Origin: the human T2T-CHM13v2.0 reference genome, Homo sapiens | Direction: 5' to 3' (one strand) | Assembly (NCBI RefSeq): GCF_009914755.1 | Contig: NC_060926.1 | DNA: 64,000 nt | Part shown: piece by piece, positions 1-14,309 of the stretch | Position numbering within the stretch: position 1 is the first letter of the stretch | How the letters are laid out: the number at the start of each line of letters is the position of its first letter | Position numbers and translations under genes: made by a program | The notes under the pieces: model-generated | Told to the model about the DNA's origin: nothing | Seen by the model: the letters and a program-made list of their open reading frames with translations, nothing else | Databases searched by the model: none

Positions 1-1616
1 TCAACAAAATACTAGGAAACTGAATCCAGCACTTCATCTAAAACTTAATTCACCACAATCAAGTAGGTTTCATTCCTGGGATGCAAGATTGGTTCAACAA
101 ATGCAAATCAATAAATGTGATTCACCACATAAATAGAATTAAAAACCAAAACCATATGATCCTCTCAATAGATGTGGAAAAAGCTTTCAATAAAATCCAA
201 TATCCCTTCATTATAAAAACCCTCAACAGACTAGGCACTGAAGGAACATACCTCCAAATTATAAAAGCCATCTGTGAAAAACCCACAGCCAACATCGTAC
301 TGAATGGGCAAAAGCTGGAAGAACTCCCCATAAGGAACAAGACAAGAAGGTCCACCCTCACCATTTCTATTCACCATAGTACTGGAAGTCCTAGCTAGAA
401 CAATCAGGCAAGAGAAAGAAATAAAAGGCATCCAGTAGGAATAGAAAAAGTCAAACTATGTCTCTTCACTAACAATATGATTCTATACCTGGAATATCCT
501 AAAAACTTTGTCAAAAGTCTCCTAGAACTGATAAATGATTTCAGTAAAGTTTCAGGATACAAAATTAATGCATAAAAATCAGTAGCATTTCTATACAACA
601 ATAACATTCAAGATGAGAGCCAAATCAAGAACAAATTCTATTTATAATAGCCACACAAAAAAATAAAGTATCTAGTAATATGTCTAACCAAGGAGGTAAG
701 AAGTTTTTACAAGTAGAACTACAAAACACTACTGAAAGGAATCACATGTAACACAAACAAATGGAAAAACATTTTATGCTCATTGATTGGAAGAATCAGT
801 ATTGTTAAAATGGCCGTACTGCCTAAAGCAATAAAAGATTCAATCCTATTGTTATCAAAATACCAACATCATTTTTCACAGAATTAGAAAAATACTCTTC
901 TAAAATTCATTTGGAACCAAAAAAAGAGCAAAATAGTAAGGCAATTCTAAGCAAAAAGAACAAAGCTGAAGTCATCACATTATCTGACTTCAACTATACT
1001 ACAAACCTACAATAACCCAAACAGCATGGTCCTGGTATAAAGACAGACACACAGACAAGTGGAAAAGAGTAGAGAATCCAGAAATAAAGCCACACACCTA
1101 CAGCCATCTGATCTTCAATAAAGTCAACAAATATGTGCAATGAGGAAAGGATTTTGTATTCAATAAATGGTGCTATGATAGCTCACTAACGATATGCAGA
1201 AGAATAAAATTTAACCCCAACCTTTCCCCATATATAAAATTAATTAAAGATGAATTAAATATTTAAACATAAGTCATCAATATATAAGAATCCTGGAAGA
1301 AAACCTAGGAATCGTCATCTGGATTTTGGCCTTTGAAAAGAATTTATGACTAAGTCCTCAAAAGCAATTGCAACAGAAACAAAAATTGAAAAGTGGGACC
1401 TAATTATACTACAGAGCTTCTGCACAGCAAAAGAAACTGTTAACAGAGTAAACGGCTATCTGACAAATGGAAGAAAATATTCACAAACTGTGCATCCAAC
1501 AAAGTTCTAATATCCAGAATCTATAGGAACTTAAACAATTCAACAAGCAGAAAACAAATAACCCCACTAAAAAGTGGGCCAAGGACATGAGCAGGCTCAA
1601 AAGAAGACATATACAC

Positions 1617-1919
1617 AGTGGCTCATGCCTGTAATCCCAGCACTTTGGGAGGCCGAGATGGGTGGATCAACTGAGGTCGGGAGTTTGAGACTAGCCTGGC
1701 CAACATGGAGAAACTTCGTCTCCACTAAAAATACAAAAATTAACCAGGCCTGGGGGTGCATGCCTGTAATCCCAGCTACTTAGGAGGCTGAAGCAGGAGA
1801 ATCGCTTGAACCCAGGAGGCAGAGGTTGCAGTGAGCTTAGATTGTGCCATTGCACTCCAGCCCGGGCAACAAGAGCTAAACTCCATCTCAAAAAAATAAA
1901 TTAATTAATTAAAAAAAAA
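1617..1919 (+). mobile_element. Alu (AluSp/Sq-like) inserted in the L1, lacking the first ~10 nt
   Basis: Dimeric Alu; gaggtcgggag, aacatggagaaac and gcaacaagagc diagnostics; A-rich tail. Confidence 0.93.
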
Positions 1920-2145
1920 GATACACAAACATTGAAAAAAGCTCCACATCATTAATCGTCAGAGAAATGCAAATTAAAACCGCAGTGAAATACCTCTCAC
2001 ACCGTCAGAATGGCTATCTATAAAAAGTCAAAAATTAACAGATCTTGCTGAGGTTATACAGAAAAGGGAACACCTATACACAACTGGTAGGAATGCGAAA
2101 TTAGCATTACCGGGTATCTACCCAAAGAAAAGAAATTATTCTGCG

Positions 2146-2148
<3 letters not shown>

Positions 2149-2187
<39 letters not shown>
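2149..2187. repeat. (CA)n microsatellite, ~19 units
   Basis: Seen directly. Confidence 0.98.
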
Positions 2188-2190
<3 letters not shown>

Positions 2191-2949
2191 CCTGTGTTCA
2201 TCTATACACTATTCACAATATAAAAAAGATAGAATCAACCTAGACGCCCATTAATGGTAGATTGGATAAAGAAAATGTGGTGCATGTACAGTATGGAATA
2301 CTCTGCAGCCATAAAAATGAATAAAATCATGTTCTTTGTGGCAAAATGAATGCAACTGGAGGCAATTGTCCTAAGCAAATCAATGCAGGAACAGGAAGCC
2401 AAATACCACACATTCTTATTTATAAGTAGGAGATAAACACTGAGTACACATAGACATAAACACGGCAAGAATAGACATTGGTAACTACCAGAGGAGGGGT
2501 AAGAGGAAGTAGGATAAGGGTTGAAAACTGATTATGGATACTAGGCTCACTACCTGCGTGATGGGTCAACCTTACTCCAAACTACCACTAAATGAAATCT
2601 ACCCATGTAACAGACCTGCACATGTACCCTTTGAATCTAAAATAAAAATCAAAGTTTTTTTTTTTAAGTTTTTGTAGATTTTTGGTATGTTTTGCTCTAT
2701 AGTGTCAGGCCAACAACATGAAGACTTTCTAAATGGACCAAATTTCTGTCATCACAGTTACCACAGCATCGCTTGGATTAAACCTCAAGTCTAATAAGTC
2801 AGATAAACATCAAAAGGCAGCAAGCTTCCACGGAAATTGTGAAAAATGTAACCTAACGATGTTCTAAGGCAAGAGAAAAGTAGGTTTTCACCAGATTGCT
2901 CCAGTTTTAACTGGTAATATCACAGTCCATACTCATAAGAGGAAATAGC

Positions 2950-3760
<811 letters not shown>

Positions 3761-3864
3761 TCATTTTTACTGATCAGGTTTCAGATCCCTGATATACCAA
3801 TGTGGCAAGAAGTTTAATGTTACTGTAATGAGACCAAAAACTCTGAGTTGAAAATGAGAGGTAG

Positions 3865-4357
<493 letters not shown>

Positions 4358-4963
4358 CCAAATTTCTTTTAGATGTTCTTTGATACAAATGATAGCCAGC
4401 TACTCTTTTAATTACCATCAAGTGAAAGGGGAGGATTACAGATGGAAAAGAAAGCATGAGATAGAGACAGTGTTTATGCCCAAAGCAGCTAATCCTGAAT
4501 GGATTTTGATGGAAGAGAAGTCACTTTGACCAAATTTAATCCAAGGAATAAAAGTTTTAGCTGTATTCTGAAATTGTCCTCTCCTCCGGCTTATATAGCC
4601 ACTAGAAATATATTACCTCCCCAAGGAGTGTTTCTTTCCTGGTGATATCAGTATCTAATGTGTGTGATAAGTAAACAAATTGGCAGGATTAACTGGAGGT
4701 GCCACAAATGAGAAGGTGTAAGCTGCATTTGTGTGCGGATGTGTTAAGGAGAATGAGAAGTGACATTGTTCTAATCTAAAATTAAAATTAAAATTAAAAA
4801 AAGGAGAAGTAGGGGAGAAGGAAGAGGGGTGCAAATGAAATCGAACCAGCACTTTCAGCTGCTTTGAAGTGTTTTTCTCTAACAGAGCTGTGAATCAGCA
4901 GGTACACCACACACCTCCTTGACATTTGTGCCAGAAAAAATGTCATATACAGAAAAATGTATC

Positions 4964-4972
4964 ATACACACA

Positions 4973-5018
<46 letters not shown>
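4964..5018. repeat. Interrupted (CA)n/(TA)n microsatellite
   Basis: Seen directly. Confidence 0.95.
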
Positions 5019-5189
5019 AATAGCTGTTGGGCTAACTTTGCCTCTTCATAAATTGAGAAAGAATTAACTTAAATAGATGCTTTAGAGTGGCAGAAGTAGA
5101 GGTGTCTTGAGATTAGTAGCCTTGACCTTAAGTAACATTACAATAACTTTGAGACCACATTTGCAAAGTCTCACTATCCTCACAAAGAA

Positions 5190-5590
5190 AGCCTGACTCT
5201 CATACATCATTGCTGGCAGTATAAATGAATAAAACCATTTGAAATGCCATTTGACATAGTTACCAAGTTAAAAATGTATCATGTCTTTGACCAACTGAGT
5301 ATTTTTTTGTTGGGAATTTAATCTGTGGATTATACTAACATAAATACCAGTATGAACATGGTTCTTGCAACATTGCCAGTGTTCACAAAGATCTAAAAAC
5401 AACTGAAATGACATTAATTAGTAATTGGTTAATGATTTATGATACTTTTGTAAAATGTCAATATTATTCAGCCATTGAGAACAGAGAAGTATTATGTATT
5501 CATGTGCTGATGTGAGAAGATAACAGAGATATTTGAAGTGAGAAAAGAAAGTTACAATACGCTGAATATAATGTGATCCCAAATTTGTTA
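5190..5590 (+). mobile_element. Ancient L1 (L1ME-like) 3'UTR fragment; a further piece at ~6840-7050
   Basis: Diverged motifs ttgctggcagtataaat, aatattattcagccatt, aagtgagaaaagaaagttacaa. Confidence 0.6.
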
Positions 5591-8500
5591 TGCAAACACG
5601 GGCAGGACTTTTAATTTCTAAACCAGCTAAAATGCATGCAATTAGTTAACAGAATTTAAAACTCATCAAAATGAATAAATCTCCATTGTTACTCATTCTG
5701 GAGCAAAATAGAGTTGCTCATATAAGCAGTAGCTGTTTTTCTTCATAGAATCCTCCCTTTTGACTTCTAGTTTGAAACTCATATTTAAATCACTGTTCAT
5801 CTCCTTTGCCTACGACGTACTAATTTGTGTGACATAGCTGTCCATTTGGCATTCTTACCGGTTTCTTAGTATATAAACTTCAGCTTCTAATAAGGATATT
5901 TGCCTTTTTGAGATACCTCTCAGTGTCCCCAAGTTGAACTTCACATACTTCACGGAGTCCATATTTTAAGTCAGATAAGTCCATATTTTAAGATATCTGA
6001 AATGTGTTTTACACATTTTGTTCATATATGTGAATATTTATTCAACATTCATCTAGTTGCCTTTGTGAGAGATCATAACGGAAAATTAGAAAAGTTGTTT
6101 TGTTTATATTAATTAATTGAACAACCCTCCTCATATCTTATTAGCATCAAAGTCCAGAATTTCCATCTGGAGTGCTTTCACTTCTCTTTACTCCTCCCCA
6201 ACTTGAAGTCCTAAGAATGCTTGGGCTAATTTGGTCTAAAGTGTTGCTTGAGTATCCATTTTTAAGAAGAAGTGAAAACATGATTTTTTTTTTTTAACTT
6301 CACTAGTATCACACTTTACTCCTGGACAAGCGCAGTTCAACAGGCAAAGCTTGTCTATAACAACTATACACACATGCTTATTTGAATACTTCCTGTGGCC
6401 TCAGGAGTTCAGGGAAGCCAATTTTTCTTCCTCAACAGTGATAAATTGGGCTTCCCCAAGTTGCAGTTATTATTATCGGGCTGGTTTCTTTTAAATTTAT
6501 CACAAGTTCCCTAGGTATAAGCTGAACTTCAGAAAGGTACAAGTTTCAGAGATTGCCTCTCATAGACCTAGGAAGCCAGTCTTGTTCCATGACTGCTAAA
6601 GTGGTGGGGTAGCTTTTCAAAGGATAAGAAGTCATATTATGCCCCATTTCCTTGGACAATCAGACTATTCATTCTATATCCGTCTACCTCTGCTTGTAAT
6701 TATAAGGTGATTATCTGTTTATGCCAATATGGTGAAATAGCTGATATTTATTTTGCCAAATAAGAATAAAAATAAATTTAAATTCTGGCAGGCATTTTTT
6801 TTCTGGTAATGCACAGTGATATGTGTAAAGGAAAGATTTATAAACATGTGTATATGGATATGTAAATATATGTGCTTGTTTTTGCAAAGAAAGTTACAAG
6901 AGGGATATACAAGAAACAGTTTCTAGTGGTACTGCTGGGAGGTGGGAATGAGGAGGTTGGAGTGCTTCTACTTTCCATTTTTAGTTCCTGTACTGTTTTA
7001 TTTTTAATGTCATTATGTTATATAATTTTATCATTATAATTTAAAATAGAGGATTTTGTTTGCTTTTTTTGCTTAAGTAAAAAGAGGAGGACAAAAAGAA
7101 AGAAGAGAACTTTCCTTACAGAAATTCCCAGGCATTTGCACTTAATTACTAGCAGGGTTGACTCCGGGCTTCCTGCTAGCAAATCAGCTTGCTCAGAGTT
7201 CTGAGGAAGTTCCTTTGGATTTGATTTTATATAAAAACCAATCATAGTAAACCTTTCATTTATATGGAAATTGTAGTTTTATAAAATATGTTCAATGATG
7301 TAACACACACACTCACACATGCCCTAATGCCCTAGCAGGACATTCATTATTGACTCACTTTTCGGATAAGGCAATGAATCTAGAGAACTTCACCTGTACT
7401 CTAGGTGGACTTTGAACATCTGTTCCTCATGAGGATGAAGTGGGGGGTGAATATATCAGGCAATGAGAATAATAATTTAACAAATTGGTATCACCTGAGG
7501 CCATACACGTTCCAGGAGGATTTGCTAAGACTGAAAATGTCTGGAGAGCTGCCTTTAAGGAAATCACATTCAGAGCCTGAGACACTTTCATAATATACTA
7601 AACGGAATTAAATCTCCATCTTCAGGAGTAGACTTGCTATTTAGCAATAGCAAAATCATTCCCACCATGCCTATGGATAAATTAGCCAATTATGGTAAAA
7701 CAAAAAATAATTTGACAATAAAGTTTATATATGCACGAATGACCTCTACTCTTTTATAAATCAGTCACAGTGATTCCAAAGTCCATGTGAGGAATTAAAT
7801 GTTTCTCACTTTAAGCTTCAGGTGTGATGTGACTCCAGGAGCATTCTAAGTCAAGCTGAAATGCTTCTATTTAAGGATTGCTAGTCAAGTATCCCTTTCT
7901 TTATTCGGGCACATATTAATGTGTGATTCTCATTGAGGAGAGCTCTCTGCTTTGATCCATAAATCAGGAAACTGTAAGAAATTCGCATTGCCAGAAACTT
8001 TCCAACTTGAAGTCAGAACTTTCGTATCATTAAATTGATCCACTGATACTTGTTTTGATTAAAGCACCAGCTAACTTGTAACAGCATCTGCACTCAGTGA
8101 TATGACTCAAACAAGCATAATGAATGCCTATCTTTTAATTTTTTATGAAAAGGCTTCATAATATATAATTAAGATGTTTTTTACATGTTCTACTGATGAG
8201 CCATCTGCAGGTATGACATTTAGCATCTGTACTTAAAAGTAGCCACCTGTTACGGTCTGGTTATCCTGACTGTGAATCATTTCGGATAAATGGAAGTTGG
8301 TATCATTTAGATTCAGAGTTCCTCATGAATCCCTCATCTTTTTGACATTTATTATTTTATTACAGGCTATCTTTCAGGGATTTTTTAAAGTTGTACCCAT
8401 TGAAAAGTCTTAATTGCATTTGTTTTCAAACAAGGAAACTCTTGGTAAATGCATAGCTAGACAGAATATTTTTTAAGGTCGTAAGTTTGCTCTTCTTTCT

Positions 8501-9719
8501 TTTCCTCCTTCAGCAAAGTCAGATCATATCTACCTCCAAGTACTCACACCTCTTCACCTTTTGATTGTGTCATCAATTTCAAAACCATCTCTCAGATTCT
8601 TACTTCACTTTGAAGTGTAAAAACTTATGACATTCAAGGTGATTCATATCAGATCAGTAAAGAGATCACAATTTTATGCTAAAGGGAAAAGTTCCTAATG
8701 TTAGAGGATTTTTGAGAATGAACTGAGGTGACAGTTGTAGAGGTAGCTGGGTCCCTTTGGGGGTATAAGAATCATTCCAGAATTTATAAATTGCAGGGCA
8801 TAAGCAGTCAGATATTCTGTCTGCGCCTGAGCATAACATCTGTTCTCAACTGACGGGGCAAATGTGAGTCTTGCAGAGTCTAACCACCTCACACATAAGT
8901 GGCAATAAAGTAGCACAGAGAATAATAATAAATACAGCAATAAGAAGATCTACCTGATAGTGTTTATTTGATATTTGCAAAGAACAGCACAGGACACACG
9001 TGAGCCTCTTACCTATTTTAAGTAGAATACAGGTTAAAAAGTAGAACAAATTTATTTAACATATAAATTGCAAATTTTACATGAAACATCAACTAACTCC
9101 TAAGCTTATGTGCTAGACTTCTCCATAGGGCCTTTGCTGGCCAGTACAGCGATATCAACTCTCCTTATTTTCTGAAGTTCAGTAGGTCACAGTCAACATT
9201 TTCCCATTATTGACGATACAAACATTTATTATTATTATTTAAATGTTTTATGTACCAATGTCTTGCAACTAAATATAAAGTTCTGGGAATTCGGGAATTC
9301 CCTTGTGAGGAATACATATCCCACACACACATATTGAAGCATCTTACTTGAGAGTAAATTTCTAAAATAATAATGAAGAGAGACAATAACAAAGAGATAA
9401 AATTAACCTTGAAAGAAATGCTTTGATTACTAGTTGAGGAAGCTGCTTTATGTCTAGGGGCCATGTTTTATATGAAAATTATCAAATGATATTCAGCAGG
9501 GTGAGATGATCACTCTATAAAAGGCCTTGGGGAACAGAGAACAACTTAAGGAAGAGCTGATTCATGTCTTCATCTCCCATAAGCTCTGAGGCAAATCTTA
9601 TTGAATACCAAGATGTGTAAATGCACCTGTGTTTAAATCTCTTTCTCTCTCTCTCAGATTGTTATGTAGAATTTAAATGACTGTGTGATACAGATCCACT
9701 ATATTCATACATGTGTATA

Positions 9720-11061
9720 CAGACATGTGTCTCTTAACAATGGGATATAATCTGAGAAATGCATCATTAGGTAATTTTGTCATTGCGTGAACATCATAGA
9801 ATGTACTTACACAAACCTAGATGGTAGAGCCTACTGCACACCTTGGTTATATGGTATAGTCTATTGCTGCTAGGCTACAAATCTGTACAGCAGGTTACTG
9901 TACTGAACACTGTAGGCAATTGTAACACAGTGGCAAGTATTTATATATCTAATCATATGTAAACATACAAAAGGTACAGTAAAAATAAGTTATAAAATAT
10001 AAAAAATAGTACATGTGTATAGAGAACTTAATATGAATTAAGCTTGCAGGACTGAAAAATTGCTCTGGGTGAGTCAGTGAGTGAATATGAAGACTTGGGA
10101 CATTAGCATACACTACTGCAGACTTTATAAACACTATACACTTAGGCTACGCTAAATTTACAAAAACAGAATTTCTTCAGCAATAAATTAACCTTAGTTT
10201 ACTGTAACATACTTCATTTATAACATTTTTAATTTTTTATATTTTTGACTCTTGTAACAGTTTCAATCGCAAACACATTGCACAGTCGTGCAAATATTTT
10301 CCTTCATTTCCTTATTTTATAAATTATTTTCAACTTAAACCATTTTATTTCTATTCTTGCGTGTTTTAAACTTTTGTTAAAAATGAAAACACAAATTCAC
10401 ACATTAGATTATGCCTACACAGGGTGAAGATAGTTAATATTGCTGTCTTCTACTTCCATATATTTCCCCACTGGAAGATTGTCAACTCCCATGATAACTA
10501 TGCCTTCTTCTAGAATGTCTTCTGAGAGACCTGCTCGAGGAAGATTGATGATTAACTTTCTTTTAAAAATAGAGTATACTCCAAAAGAACAATAAAATGT
10601 ATTCTACAGTGAAGATGTAAACTAGTGACAGTTGTTTATTGTCATTATTAACAACTGTTAATAATGTCATTACTTAAGACAACTACAAATAGTTGAATAG
10701 ATGTGATTAAGGTGTATATATAGTCATGCACCACATTGTAATATTTAGTACAGCAGCAGACAGAACACATGAAGTTGGTCCCATAAGATTATAGTAGAAC
10801 TAAAAAGAATTTCCAGTGTCTAGTGACATTATGTACATAATCATATGTTCTATACTTTTATATAACTGACAACACAATAGGTTTGTTTATGCCAGCATTG
10901 CCCAAACTTGTAATTTGTTGCAACAGCTATAATGTCACTTTACAACAGCTACAATGTCACCAGACACTAGAAATTTTTTTAGCTCTGTTATAATCTTATG
11001 GGACCACCTTCCTGTGTGCAGTCTCCTGCTGTACTAAATGTTACTATGTGGTGCATGACTA
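9720..11061 (+). mobile_element. Tigger3 (Golem)-family non-autonomous DNA transposon
   Basis: Ends cagacatgtgtctcttaacaatggg...ttactatgtggtgcatgacta, each flanked by TA; characteristic cacaaacctagatgg and taatcttatgggaccacc motifs. Confidence 0.88.
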
Positions 11062-11237
11062 TATACACACCTTCATCACACCTATTCAGCTATTTGTAAT
11101 TGTATTCATATTTTCAGATGACATAGCATACTGCATGGCACCTTGTAGATACTAAAAACTATTTTATTAGATCATTTACATAATTTGTCAAATTATTTAG
11201 CTCATCAAAAATAAAACTCATTGAGAAAGGGAAACTG

Positions 11238-11329
11238 ATATGGAGGGTCGACATGTAGTATGCATTGAAAAAAATCTACATATGAATGGACTTATGCAGG
11301 TCAAACTTCTGTTGTTCAAGGGTCAAATG
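11238..11329 (+). mobile_element. Tigger2/MER8-family terminal fragment
   Basis: aaaaaatctacatatgaatggac...tgttgttcaagggtcaaatg followed by TA. Confidence 0.65.
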
Positions 11330-11450
11330 TATAGATATATATGTGTGTATATATATAACATATATAGAATATATAACATATATAGAATATATATCATATC
11401 TATATTTAACATACATAGAATATCATATAATTAAACATATAGCTATGTAT
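11330..11450. repeat. Degenerate (TA)-rich simple repeat
   Basis: atatataacatatatagaat units. Confidence 0.85.
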
Positions 11451-11583
11451 GTTATAGTTAACAGACTAATTGTAGGTTACAGTTATACATGTAGTAGGTT
11501 GTAGTTTTATATTAATATATATTGTTTTATATACATTATTTAATTCAGTTTTGGTCATGCATGCACACACACACATGTTTTAG

Positions 11584-12152
11584 TTGTGAAGGGATCCAGA
11601 AAGTCACTCACTCATTTAGTGATATGATAGAAGGACACATATTACTCAGCTTATAGTTATACTCATGGCTAAGACATATTTCAGTGAAAGGAAACATAGC
11701 AATATCAGCAAGGGAAAAAGACACAGATGGAACCTGGAGAAATCCATGAATAGCATTCTGATTTTCTCTCCCTCCAGTGTTGGAGCATATTGAGTATATC
11801 ACTTTCTCCAGCAGTAAAAAAAAAATAAATAAATACAGTTATAATACAGTTATATGTGTGCAATATTTTTGCTAAGGGAAGCTTATCAGAAACTCAGTAC
11901 CCAAAATCTATTGGAAGTCATTTAGGCACTTCAGCCAAGCACGTAACAAAATTTCAGACTCTCAGAAGTAAAACAAATGTTACCACGTTGTTTGTACAAA
12001 TAATCTAGGTAATCTAGATATATGGAGCTACTCCTACTCTTTTCAGTTAGGGAATAAGTTAAGTATCAGGTTCCTAGATGCCAGCAATGGCAACTTTGTA
12101 AGGCCTTTTAAAAATAGAAGACTTGGGCCCACTTCATTAATTCTTTTCTGCA
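11584..12152 (-). mobile_element. MER77/MER68/MER21-like LTR
   Basis: Motifs tactcatggctaaga, cagcaagggaaaaagacac, ttgtttgtacaaa; end ttaattcttttctgca. Confidence 0.65.
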
Positions 12153-12950
12153 ATCTATCTCCTTGGCCCTTGGCCAAGGTGTCTTTATAGTAAAATTATT
12201 ATCAGTGAGATCTCATAAATCAAGGTGAAACCTCCCTGAGGTACTGGCCTCAGTCATGCCATGTGGTTCCTGAATTTAGCCAATTTAAAAGGTCCTATTA
12301 ACAATAAAGATGTAAGAAATCTAGGTGTCTTTTTCCTTAAGTTTCTGTATTAACCTTTTTACTTGGCTTGAGACATCAATTCAGGCACCTCTCAACTCTG
12401 GCAGTAAGTTAAAGCTGCCCTTAAACATTCCAGGGCTGAGACAATGTCACGATATTTAGGGTAAATACAAGAGGTACAGTCCCAAAGGGCATACATTGTA
12501 CCACCAGGATAAAAGCTTACATCAAGCAAAATATACATTAGTCAGGCCATAGAGATTAATAGAGTCATCAGTGTGGCTTCCCACCCAGGAGCTTCCTGCC
12601 CTCATGTTCCCAGTTTAGTAGGAATAATTTAGTTCAGTCTTTGGTTTCAGAGTAATCATCTGAAGGTGGTCAGCTCAAAACATTTATGCTTATCTACGAC
12701 ATCGGTTCAACTCCATCATGAGTGTGGGTGAGATCCAGAGCTGTTCCACCTGGTGTTCTCTTGTACAAATTGTAAGAGTTGGTACTACATTCTCTTGTTT
12801 TGTGGTCAGGGCTGTCAGGCATAAAAAACTCAGCAATTCAATTAAATTCAAAGTACTCAAGACAGTTTGGAAAACAGTTTAGAAAACAGCACAGGGAGTT
12901 TTATTTTACAAAGAAGGGGAATCTCCAGTAGTTGGTCAAAATTAATCCTG
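12153..12950 (-). mobile_element. Possible internal ERV sequence adjoining that LTR
   Basis: Purine-rich, PPT-like ggccaaggagataga just upstream of the LTR on the minus strand; otherwise not verified. Confidence 0.3.
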
Positions 12951-12964
12951 GATAGACCCAATTA

Positions 12965-13314
<350 letters not shown>

Positions 13315-13510
13315 CTAAAACTTAGTGGCTTGAACAGTGTAAATTTATTATCTTATACTTCTCAAGGTTGGGAGTCTGATGTGGATCTCTCGCTGGTCTA
13401 AAATCAAGCTGTTGGCACGGTTGTATCCTTTCCAGATACTCTAAAAGAAAATGTATTTCCTTGCCTTTTCTAGCTTCTAGAAGTTGCCTACATTCCACGT
13501 CTTATGGACC

Positions 13511-14309
13511 TGTAATTGCTGGATGGGTTCTTCTTGCCCACTGTGCAGATAGAGCTGATTGATTGAGGCAGTGATATTGCAATAGAGAAAGAGTTTAATA
13601 AACACAGAGCCATCTAAGTGGAAGACTGGAGTTCATTACTAAAATCAGTCTGTCTGAGAACTCAGAGGCTAGGGATTTTATGGATAACCTGGTGGGCAGG
13701 GGGCTAGGGAATAGGTGCTGCTGATTGGTTGGGGATGACATTACAGGGCTGTGGAAAACAGTCGTCATGTGCTGAGTCTGCCTCTGAGGTGAGGCCATAG
13801 GACTTGTTGACACATTAGTCCTGGATCCAGGTGGAATTGGTTTGTTGCTAGAATGCAAAAGTCCAAAAAACATCTCAAAAGACAAATCTTAGGTTCTACA
13901 ATAGTGATGTTATCTACAGGAGAAATTGAGGAAGTCACAAATCTTGTGACCTCTGGCCACATGACTCCTAAGCGGCAAGGGATTAGAGAAAGGCAAGCTG
14001 GGGGACAATGCATGGTTACCATTTAGCTACAATTTTAACAGAATTCAAGCTCCTCCCATAATCCTAATGTTGTAGCCCTCCATTAGTCTTACAAAGGCAG
14101 TTTCAGACCCTGAGTAAGGAAGGAGTTTAATTTAGGAAAATATTATCATCCTTGCTTCAAAGTTAAACTATAAACTAAATACCTGTCATGGTTAGTATGG
14201 TCTACAGCCAAGAATGAGCAAGAACAGCCAGCCAGTGAGGCTAGAGGCAAGATGCAGTTGGCTATGCTAGACTTCTCTGACTGTCACAATCTTTGCAAAG
14301 ATGGTTTCA
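13511..14309 (-). mobile_element. LTR8A-like solo LTR (ERV1, MER4 group)
   Basis: TG...CA ends (tgtaattgc...ctttgcaaagatggtttca); 4-bp TSD gacc/ggcc. Confidence 0.85.

Larger units (their letters stand above)
1..2650 (+). mobile_element. LINE-1 3' half (degenerate ORF2 RT/C-terminus plus 3'UTR), L1PA15/16-like; continues left of window
   Basis: ORF 81-398 reads as L1 ORF2 RT ([19 protein letters not shown]...[10 protein letters not shown]); 3' end cacatgtaccctttgaatctaaaataaaa; many stops and frameshifts; interrupted by an Alu and a (CA)n. Confidence 0.93.

Noticed and set aside
2090-2120. ~90-bp gap in the first L1 as a possible splice event
   Set aside because: The junction (ttag|cattac) does not fit GT-AG removal; ordinary deletion.
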